DNA of 32,000 bases from Caldimicrobium thiodismutans. Lineage in GTDB: Bacteria; Desulfobacterota; Thermodesulfobacteria; Thermodesulfobacteriales; Thermodesulfobacteriaceae. A program made the translations under genes and the position numbers. The notes under the pieces were generated by a model. That model was not told the DNA's origin, made no database searches, and worked only from the letters and a program-made list of their open reading frames with translations. Shown one piece after another: positions 18,088 to 24,378 of this stretch (positions within the stretch are counted from its first letter, which is position 1; every line of letters begins with the position of its first letter). Location of the stretch: assembly GCF_001548275.1 (NCBI RefSeq), contig NZ_AP014945.1:1410001-1442000 (forward strand), in the 5' to 3' direction.

Positions 18088-18116
18088 TTGACAATCAAAA
18101 GGGTTTTATATAAGAT
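18088..18116 (+). promoter_or_regulatory. Sigma-70-type promoter of the sulfur-relay operon
   Basis: TTGACA (18088-93), 17-nt spacer, TAAGAT (18111-16). It lies inside the longer 18082 ORF, which supports the ATG at 18145 as the true start. Confidence 0.45.
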
Positions 18117-18144
18117 AAAACAAAAATTTTCCAGGAGGGGGGAT

Positions 18145-19311
18145 ATGTCTCTAAAAGATACCTGGAAAGAGTTTTATGGATCAGTTTTTAGATCTAATTA
18201 TTCTCCTATTACTGGTGGTGTTTTACTGGCTTTATTAGTAATTTTACTTGAGATGTGGTATCGTCCCTGGGGAATTGTGGGGGGGTTGAGAAATTGGGGG
18301 GAGTGGGTTTTATATGGAGTTGGTTTTTTAGATGAGGCTCCGCCTCATCCTCTTTGGTTTTCTTCTTCGGTTCTTGATCTTGGGCTTATTCTTGGGGCTT
18401 TTCTTTCAGCAACCCTTGCTCAGGAATTTGGAATCCGTATTCCACCTAAGCTTGAGATCATTAAGGGAGTTGTTGCTGGAATTTTAATGGGAATTGGTTC
18501 TGCCCTTGCTCAGGGGTGTAACATTGGTGGTTTTTATATGGCCATTGCCAATCTTTCTGCTGGCGGTGTGGCTATGATGCTTGGGCTTATGGTGGGGGTC
18601 TTTATTGGGGTCAAATACCTTCTTTGGGAGCTTGAACACCTTTCCTCTCAGGGGGGGGTGGAAATAAATACCAGAAAGTTGAATCCTATATTGGGAATAA
18701 TTGCTTTAATTGTGTTAGTCCTTGGAACTTATGGTTATTTTAATAGTGAAAGAGAAAATGGGGCCCTTCTTGGGGGAGCCTTTTTACTTACAGCTGGGAT
18801 TGGCTTTGTTATGCATCGTTCCAGATTTTGTATTGTAAATGCCTTTAGAGAACCTTTTCTTTCTGGTGAAGCTACTATGGCAAGAGGAGTAGTTTTGAGT
18901 ATATTGTTAGCGACCTTAGGAATTTTATTTATTAAAATGGCTGGTATTCGTGAACCCATGGTGTATGTTACTCCCACATTTATTTGGGGCTCTCTTATTG
19001 GTGGAGTAATCTTTGGTGCAGCTATGGTAGTTGCAGGGGGATGTGGTTCTGGATCTCTCTGGAGGGTAGGTGAGGGCCAGGTAAAGTTGATGATCGTGGT
19101 TGTCTTTTTTGCCTTAACCAATGCTATTTTTAGATATTATTTAGATAATGTCTGGGAGGTATGGGATAAAGGCTTACTTGGTTCTGCAGTTTATCTTCCT
19201 GATATCTTTGGGTATGGAGGTGCTTTTATTATTCTTGCTTTAGTAATATTTTTATGGTATCTTTTTGTAGATTGGAACGAAAAGACCGAAAAATTTGTAA
19301 TTGGGTTATAA
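18145..19311 (+). CDS. YeeE/YedE-family sulfur-compound (thiosulfate-type) transporter-like membrane protein
   Basis: Start set at Met22 (SD AGGAGGGGGG, 18133-42). Polytopic. Paired conserved motifs AQGCNIGGFY and AGGCGSGSLWR, plus RSRFCIVNAF. Confidence 0.85.
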   Translation: MSLKDTWKEFYGSVFRSNYSPITGGVLLALLVILLEMWYRPWGIVGGLRNWGEWVLYGVGFLDEAPPHPLWFSSSVLDLGLILGAFLSATLAQEFGIRIPPKLEIIKGVVAGILMGIGSALAQGCNIGGFYMAIANLSAGGVAMMLGLMVGVFIGVKYLLWELEHLSSQGGVEINTRKLNPILGIIALIVLVLGTYGYFNSERENGALLGGAFLLTAGIGFVMHRSRFCIVNAFREPFLSGEATMARGVVLSILLATLGILFIKMAGIREPMVYVTPTFIWGSLIGGVIFGAAMVVAGGCGSGSLWRVGEGQVKLMIVVVFFALTNAIFRYYLDNVWEVWDKGLLGSAVYLPDIFGYGGAFIILALVIFLWYLFVDWNEKTEKFVIGL

Positions 19312-19337
19312 AAAAACTTCATTAGGAGGGGAGAGCC

Positions 19338-19583
19338 ATGGTTGATTTAAGCAGTATTAAAGCTGATGAAGTGCTGGATTGTAAGGGTTTGTCTTGTCCA
19401 ATGCCTATGCTTAAAACCAAAAAGGCCTTGCAGAAGCTAAGCTCTGGCCAGATTTTGGAGGTTTTAGGCACTGATCCTGGCAGTAAAAATGATATTCCCA
19501 GTATGTGTAAAAAAGAAGGACATGAATTTTTAGGAATGATTGATGAGTCCGGATATACAAGATATTTTATCAGGAAAAAATAG
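19338..19583 (+). CDS. tusA: TusA/SirA-family sulfur carrier protein
   Basis: DCKGLSCPMPMLKTKKAL (Cys-Pro-x-Pro active-site motif). 81 aa. SD AGGAGGGGAG. Confidence 0.85.
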   Translation: MVDLSSIKADEVLDCKGLSCPMPMLKTKKALQKLSSGQILEVLGTDPGSKNDIPSMCKKEGHEFLGMIDESGYTRYFIRKK

Positions 19584-19628
19584 TTTATAAAGAATTGGTA
19601 GATATTATTACAAAAAAGGAGGTAAGTT

Positions 19629-19958
19629 ATGTCAAAGGATCCAGATAAATTAGGAATTTTTGTGACCTCACCTATTCATATTAATGAATTAGTAAAAATA
19701 GTTGAAGCTGCCTATAGAAAGGGCAAAAAGGTTAAAATCTTTTTTACTTTTAAATCAACTCATTTAGTAGTGCACCCTGATTTTCAAAAACTCAGGAATA
19801 GGATCCCCGAAGAGGATCTGGCTATTTGTGTAGCAGCCTTTGCCTGTGAAGGTTATGAGCCAGAGTATCACAATATGGGGCTTACAGAAAAACAGATGAG
19901 AACTCAGGCCTTTCACGGCGAGCTTATTGAGGAAGTAGGTAAATATTTTGTATTGTAA
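19629..19958 (+). CDS. DsrE/DsrF-fold small protein (DsrE-like)
   Basis: LGIFVTS...KGKKVKIFFTFKS...DLAICVAAFACEGY matches the beta-alpha-beta core and the Cys-containing C..a..(R/E)G region of DsrE-family proteins. SD AAGGAGGTAAGTT. Confidence 0.6.
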   Translation: MSKDPDKLGIFVTSPIHINELVKIVEAAYRKGKKVKIFFTFKSTHLVVHPDFQKLRNRIPEEDLAICVAAFACEGYEPEYHNMGLTEKQMRTQAFHGELIEEVGKYFVL

Positions 19959-19978
19959 TCTTAGAAAGGAGGTAAGTT

Positions 19979-20335
19979 ATGAGTTATAAAGTATGTTTTT
20001 TAATTGCCAATAGATCTTTTATTTCTGATGGAATGAGATCAGCCCTTGGGCTTGCGGTGGAGAATATGTATTCTTATACTTACATCTTTTATCAAAAGAT
20101 GCCAGGTAAAAGCGAATATCTGGAAGAAAATCTGGCCTGGATTAGAGATATGGAAGGTGAATTCTATGCAGTTACTGAAACTATGGATGAGGAGACCAAA
20201 AATTTTAATCTTCAAGAGTGGGAGCTTGCTGAAGCTACCCTTGATGATGTGGTAGAAAAGATTCTGGAATGTGATTTTATAGTAGGATATGGGCTTCCAG
20301 CTCAAAAAGTTCAGGCACCACCTCAGTGTGCTTAA
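19979..20335 (+). CDS. Conserved hypothetical small protein, possibly DsrF/H-like fold
   Basis: Preceded by the same 16-nt AAGGAGGTAAGTTATG as the previous gene. KVCFLIANRSF...ALGLAVE resembles the start of a DsrE/F-fold. Function unknown. Confidence 0.6.
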   Translation: MSYKVCFLIANRSFISDGMRSALGLAVENMYSYTYIFYQKMPGKSEYLEENLAWIRDMEGEFYAVTETMDEETKNFNLQEWELAEATLDDVVEKILECDFIVGYGLPAQKVQAPPQCA

Positions 20336-20357
20336 TTTGTGATAAAGGAGGTTGTAT

Positions 20358-20549
20358 ATGAAGATACTTAATGTTTATAGACATAAAGTTAGCGCAGAAA
20401 ATGAAGATATTAAAAAAATAGTCGCTAAATTTAAAGAAAAAGGGCATGAAGTAATTGAGTTTAATCTCTTTGAGGCAAAGAGTGATGCAGACTATGATAA
20501 ACTCATAGATCTTATTTGGGAAGCGGATAAAACAATCTCCTGGTGGTAA
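20358..20549 (+). CDS. Small acidic hypothetical protein (63 aa), last gene of the sulfur-relay operon
   Basis: ATG 20358 lies 6 nt after SD AAGGAGG, so the track's TTG at 20352 is less likely. Followed by a strong terminator. Confidence 0.6.
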   Translation: MKILNVYRHKVSAENEDIKKIVAKFKEKGHEVIEFNLFEAKSDADYDKLIDLIWEADKTISWW

Positions 20550-20557
20550 AATTAAAT

Positions 20558-20581
20558 AAAAGGGGGCTTTGCCCCCTTTTT
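20558..20581 (+). terminator. Rho-independent terminator
   Basis: AAAAGGGGGC-TTT-GCCCCCTTTTT. GC-rich stem plus a T-run, 9 nt after the stop codon. Confidence 0.8.
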
Positions 20582-20816
20582 AAATCTCCGATTATTAATA
20601 GGGATTAACAAATCACTTTTCATTTTATCTTTAGTAAAAAGTATTTTCTAATTTAAAAATTTTTAGAGACAGAAATTTTTTCGCATCTATAAAATATTCG
20701 GTTTATCTCTAAAAGTCTCTTCAAGGGAATAAATAAGAGGGATAAGTATCCGAATTCTAGCGAAATATTAAATGAGCAGGATATTTAAAAATTGATCCCC
20801 TTTTTTAAAATTCATC

Positions 20817-20845
20817 TTGACTTTGATTTAATAGGTCTTTATAAT
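20817..20845 (+). promoter_or_regulatory. Near-consensus sigma-70 promoter for the cytochrome c operon
   Basis: TTGACT (20817-22), 17-nt spacer, TATAAT (20840-45), about 40 nt upstream of ATG 20885. Confidence 0.55.
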
Positions 20846-20884
20846 TAAAATAATAAAGCAAAAAATTTATTTAGGGGGCGGGTT

Positions 20885-21256
20885 ATGTTGAAAAAGGTTT
20901 TAGTTACCATTGGTGTTTTAGCTCTGGGGGTTAATTTAGCTTATGGTCAGGGGGATGTAGAAAAAGGTAAGAAGCTATTTAATGATCCAAAGCTTGGAAC
21001 CAGTGGTAAATCATGTAATTCCTGCCATTCAGGTGGACAGGGTCTTGAGGGATCCGCATCTAAAAAAGAATTTAAGCTTGGGGGCAAAACTCAAAAAAGC
21101 CTTGAAGAGGCTATTAATTTCTGCATTGAAATGGCTCTTAAGGGAAAACCTCTTGATCCCAAATCTAAGGAGATGCAAGATATGGTAGCTTATATTAAAT
21201 CTCTTTCTGGGAAAACCCCTGCAGCTCCTAAGAAGAAAAAAGTTGAAGGCTGTTAA
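20885..21256 (+). CDS. Secreted monoheme class-I c-type cytochrome with Lys/Pro-rich tail ending in Cys
   Basis: Signal peptide MLKKVLVTIGVLALGVNLAYG. Single CNSCH heme motif. C-terminus SGKTPAAPKKKKVEGC-stop. Confidence 0.8.
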   Translation: MLKKVLVTIGVLALGVNLAYGQGDVEKGKKLFNDPKLGTSGKSCNSCHSGGQGLEGSASKKEFKLGGKTQKSLEEAINFCIEMALKGKPLDPKSKEMQDMVAYIKSLSGKTPAAPKKKKVEGC

Positions 21257-21271
21257 AGTTTTATCTAATAT

Positions 21272-21391
21272 ATGTTAAAAAAGATTATTGATTTTTTGAA
21301 AAAACCAAGTTTTTTGACTTTTCGTTGGTGGTTTATTCACTTTCTTGGAATTCTTATAACCTATTTAATTGGTGTTATTCTTAGAGGCTAA
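21272..21391 (+). CDS. Mini membrane peptide (39 aa), paralog 1
   Basis: My own translation: MLKKIIDFLKKPSFLTFRWWFIHFLGILITYLIGVILRG. Too short for the ORF track. Fills an otherwise empty gap in a compact operon. Weak SD. Confidence 0.4.
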   Translation: MLKKIIDFLKKPSFLTFRWWFIHFLGILITYLIGVILRG

Positions 21392-21392
21392 T

Positions 21393-21491
21393 ATGTTTAA
21401 ATATTTTATGAAGTTTAAACCTGGTTGGTTTATCTTACATCTTATTGCTATTTTGTTAACGATTTTATTAGGCTATTATATAAGATTTTAA
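21393..21491 (+). CDS. Mini membrane peptide (32 aa), paralog 2
   Basis: MFKYFMKFKPGWFILHLIAILLTILLGYYIRF. SD AGAGG lies 5 nt upstream. Starts 1 nt after the stop of paralog 1. Shares the WFI-H-L-IL-T-L-G--R pattern with it. Confidence 0.45.
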   Translation: MFKYFMKFKPGWFILHLIAILLTILLGYYIRF

Positions 21492-21493
21492 TT

Positions 21494-21943
21494 ATGCTCA
21501 AAGATAAGACACGCTTGATCCTTTATTTAATCCTTTTTTTTCTTTCTCTTGATGGATTTATTCTTCATTATAGAGTTCATCCTTTTCTTGTTGCTGATGA
21601 ACTCAATCCTCAAATTGTTTATTTTAAATTTTCTTTTTTTATGGCTAATTTTTTTTCACTATTTGATTTAATTATAGTAAATATCTTGTTTTTAAGTCGA
21701 AAAACATTTATACTTGCATATGTTTTAAATGGGCTTATATCCTTCTATGGAATTATTCTCATGGGACATTATGCAATTTCCAAGTTAGTGACTGGAGGTT
21801 TCCCATTTTCTTTTGAAAATCTTTTTATTCAATCTGTTTTTCCTCACCAACTTATTTGTTTTTCAGATTTTTTTACAGGATATTTACTTTTTGAACAAAT
21901 AAAAAAAACAAACAAGGAGGTGGCTTATGAAAAAAGAGGTTAA
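21494..21943 (+). CDS. 4-TM membrane protein of unknown function with His residues at helix ends
   Basis: ATG at 21494 (Met24 of the 21425 TTG ORF). Four hydrophobic segments. HYRVHP, GHYAIS and FPHQL sit at helix boundaries. Confidence 0.6.
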   Translation: MLKDKTRLILYLILFFLSLDGFILHYRVHPFLVADELNPQIVYFKFSFFMANFFSLFDLIIVNILFLSRKTFILAYVLNGLISFYGIILMGHYAISKLVTGGFPFSFENLFIQSVFPHQLICFSDFFTGYLLFEQIKKTNKEVAYEKRG

Positions 21944-22142
21944 AATGCCCTTTGATTACCAGTCTCTTGGTGATCTTTTCAAGTCTATAGCTCAGGATAT
22001 AGAGGAGGGTTATTTTTCCGTTGGTGATTTAAAGATTCCTCTTCCCGGAAGTGGAGAAGTAGAAATAGAGTATAAAGAAGTTCAAGAAGGTGGGAAAACA
22101 AAATGTATCGTAGAATGGGAATTTAAATGGTATAAAGATTAA
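21927..22142 (+). CDS. Small acidic protein, possibly amphi-Trp-domain-like
   Basis: Strong SD AAGGAGG 6 nt upstream. ...PLPGSGEVEIEYKEVQEGGKTKCIVEWEFKW resembles, from memory, the alternating E/W strand pattern of amphi-Trp domain proteins. Confidence 0.55.
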   Translation: MKKEVKMPFDYQSLGDLFKSIAQDIEEGYFSVGDLKIPLPGSGEVEIEYKEVQEGGKTKCIVEWEFKWYKD

Positions 22143-22161
22143 TTTTTCAAAGGAGGAAAAT

Positions 22162-22401
22162 ATGGTTAAAGGTGTTGATCCTGAAGTATTGTGCAACAAA
22201 ATAAAAGAAATTTTTCCTGATATAGGAGAATGTGCTATTGATGTAAAGGTATATTTTGATGAAGAAGTGAATAGGTATGCTGTATTATTAGAAAAAGGAG
22301 GGAAAACTGCCAAGGTTTATCTTGAAGATGATGAAATTACCGATTGCCTTGAAGGTAGAAAGTGTGTTTCCCTTGCCCTTCAAATTGGTCAATTTAAATA
22401 A
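22162..22401 (+). CDS. Small hypothetical protein with 4 Cys (79 aa)
   Basis: Strong SD AAGGAGG. Cys at positions 11, 24, 61 and 67. No family recognised. Confidence 0.6.
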   Translation: MVKGVDPEVLCNKIKEIFPDIGECAIDVKVYFDEEVNRYAVLLEKGGKTAKVYLEDDEITDCLEGRKCVSLALQIGQFK

Positions 22402-22406
22402 GATTA

Positions 22407-22964
22407 ATGAAAACTTTATTGGAGTGTAAATGGGCCCTCCAGATTTTAAAATATTTAGCGGAGGGCCCAAAAAGGCCCTCAGAGCTCTTAAGAATTATTT
22501 CTGGCATCTCCGAAAGGATTTTATTTGACAGATTAAGAGCTCTTGAAAGAGAAGGAATTATTTATAAAAAATCTTCTTCAGGATATCCTTTAAGAACTTT
22601 ATATTATCTTGATCATGGAGCAGGGTTAGATGAATTAATTTCATTAATTTCTAAAGTATCGGAAAATACTCTTTTTCTTAAAGTTCTTTCTTCAAAATGG
22701 ATGATTCCTATCCTAAAAGCCTTAAAGGACCCGGCCCCACCAAAGGAGCTATTAATAAGGTTTCGAAATTTATCTCAGAAAGTTTTATATGAAAATCTTA
22801 AGGTTATGGTAGAAATAGGACTTATTGAAAGGAAAGTAATTCCCTCAATTCCTGTTAAGGTGGTTTATCAGTTGAGTAGAGAGGGGGAGAAGATTCTCCC
22901 CGCCCTTTTAAAAGCTAAAAGTATTATTCTTTCCACAGGGAAAAGACGAAGTCCTGGTCCTTAA
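22407..22964 (+). CDS. Transcriptional regulator with two tandem HxlR-type winged-helix domains
   Basis: Domain 1: CKWALQILKYLAEGPKRPSELLRIISGISERILFDRLRALEREGII. Domain 2: SSKWMIPILKAL..PKELLIRFRNLSQKVLYENLKVMVEIGLIERKV...VVYQLSREG. Confidence 0.7.
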   Translation: MKTLLECKWALQILKYLAEGPKRPSELLRIISGISERILFDRLRALEREGIIYKKSSSGYPLRTLYYLDHGAGLDELISLISKVSENTLFLKVLSSKWMIPILKALKDPAPPKELLIRFRNLSQKVLYENLKVMVEIGLIERKVIPSIPVKVVYQLSREGEKILPALLKAKSIILSTGKRRSPGP

Positions 22965-23400
22965 CCTGAGAATGACAGTTATGGCAATCTACTTTCATAT
23001 CTTTAACTATAGGGTTTCCCTTGGCATCATAAGCAAAATAACCCCACCCATCAGTATTTTTATATTTCTTAGAATTTTTTATCATATAAGCCTCTAATCT
23101 CTTTTCCCCTTCAACAAAAGCTCCTTGATCTTCTTTATGATTGTAAAATACTATTGCGATTTTTGTGCCCTCTGGAAAAGTTCTTTTTCCCTGATTTTGT
23201 ACGGTTTTGAGCCCTTTTTTGTTAATATAAACATGATGGATACCGAAGAAAGGGTCATAGAGAGGGTGTTTTTTATCAAAGATAACCATGCTTTTCACAT
23301 GATACCAATATTTATAAAAATCTTTTCTTTCACCACTGGCATTAGTTAGAAAGGGAAAACCTAAAATAAGAGCAAAAATGGTTAAAATGGCTCTTTTCAT
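22924..23400 (-). CDS. Secreted cytochrome P460 / cytochrome c'-beta family haem protein
   Basis: SD AGGAGGTG. Signal peptide MKRAILTIFALILGFPFLTNA. FYKYWYHV, GIHHVYIN, FPEGTKIA, DGWGYFAYD and CHNCH...DFVFS are collinear with P460-family motifs. Confidence 0.75.
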   Translation of the reverse strand: MKRAILTIFALILGFPFLTNASGERKDFYKYWYHVKSMVIFDKKHPLYDPFFGIHHVYINKKGLKTVQNQGKRTFPEGTKIAIVFYNHKEDQGAFVEGEKRLEAYMIKNSKKYKNTDGWGYFAYDAKGNPIVKDMKVDCHNCHSQVKDQDFVFSLWKE

Positions 23401-23502
23401 AAGGCACCTCCTGTATTTTTAGTTTTAATTAAAAATTTTAGATTTGATCTTTAAAGAGTCAATAACTGAATTTGTAGTTATTAACTTACTTAGTTTTCAG
23501 TA

Positions 23503-24378
23503 TTATTTGAATTTTTCTAGCAGGTTTTTAACTTTTTCTAAATAATAGGGTCTTTCAAAGAGAGGACCATTTTTAAGGACTGGGATTTGCTCCTCAAAAG
23601 AGTTTTTTTCTTTTTTGTAAAGAATACCAAGAGGAATTTTATCTCCCCATTCCATGGCTTTTTCAAAGGCAAGGACTTTATTAGTTGGGTCATAAAAAGA
23701 GTCGAGGAAATAGACCCGTTGGTTATACCATTCATAGGTGTTAATCTTATTGAAGGTCACACAGGGTTGCAGAATATCAAGTAAAGCAAATCCTTTATGA
23801 AGGATAGCCTCTTTTATAAGGCTTTTAAGATGTTCCACCTTCCCCGCATAGCCTCTTGCCACAAAGGAGCAGTCAAGGGCAATGGCTAAAAGTAAAGAAT
23901 TTAAAGGCTCTGAAATCACTCCAAAGGGTTGAGTTTTAGTTTTCATTCCCTTTGTGGAAGTAGGAGAGGCCTGGCCCTTGGTTAATCCATAGATCTGATT
24001 ATTGTGCACAAAGAGTTTGATATCTACATTTCTTCTAATAGCATGAATTAGATGGTTTCCTCCTTCTCCATAACAGTCTCCATCTCCAGCAACTGCTATG
24101 ACCTTTAAGTTTGGATTGACAAGCTTTATTCCTGTTGCTACAGGTAGGGTTCTACCGTGAAGGCCATTAAAGGTATTGCATCTCGTATAGTGTGGGAATT
24201 TACCTGCCTGTCCAATTCCTGAAACTATGACTATTTCGTGTGGATTAATATTTAATTCTACCATGGCCTCGTTAAAGGCTTTAAGAATAGCAAAATTCCC
24301 ACAACCCGGACACCAGGCTGGAGTTAAACCTTTAAAATCCTTTAATGAGGCCACGGATCTTTTCCTCCATTTCTTCAA
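23503..24378 (-). CDS. korB: 2-oxoacid:ferredoxin oxidoreductase beta subunit (TPP-binding)
   Basis: WCPGCGNFAIL and VAGDGDCYGEGGNH (TPP/Mg motif). 291 aa. Overlaps the upstream alpha subunit gene. Confidence 0.85.
   Translation of the reverse strand: MKKWRKRSVASLKDFKGLTPAWCPGCGNFAILKAFNEAMVELNINPHEIVIVSGIGQAGKFPHYTRCNTFNGLHGRTLPVATGIKLVNPNLKVIAVAGDGDCYGEGGNHLIHAIRRNVDIKLFVHNNQIYGLTKGQASPTSTKGMKTKTQPFGVISEPLNSLLLAIALDCSFVARGYAGKVEHLKSLIKEAILHKGFALLDILQPCVTFNKINTYEWYNQRVYFLDSFYDPTNKVLAFEKAMEWGDKIPLGILYKKEKNSFEEQIPVLKNGPLFERPYYLEKVKNLLEKFK

Noticed and set aside
18082-18144. Longer N-terminus (409 aa) for the YeeE-like gene
   Set aside because: The extension contains the predicted -35/-10 promoter and lacks an SD. 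ATG 18145 is preceded by AGGAGGGGGG.
20661-20714. 9-bp inverted repeat TTTTAGAGA...TCTCTAAAA (36-nt spacer) in the cytochrome c upstream region as an operator
   Set aside because: In such AT-rich intergenic DNA a single 9-mer inverted match is not clearly beyond chance, and it is far (>100 nt) from the predicted promoter. Kept only as a possible EMSA target.
21425-21493. TTG-initiated 172-aa version of the 4-TM membrane protein
   Set aside because: No SD. It overlaps the better-supported 32-aa peptide ORF in another frame. ATG 21494 gives a typical basic N-terminus followed by a TM helix.
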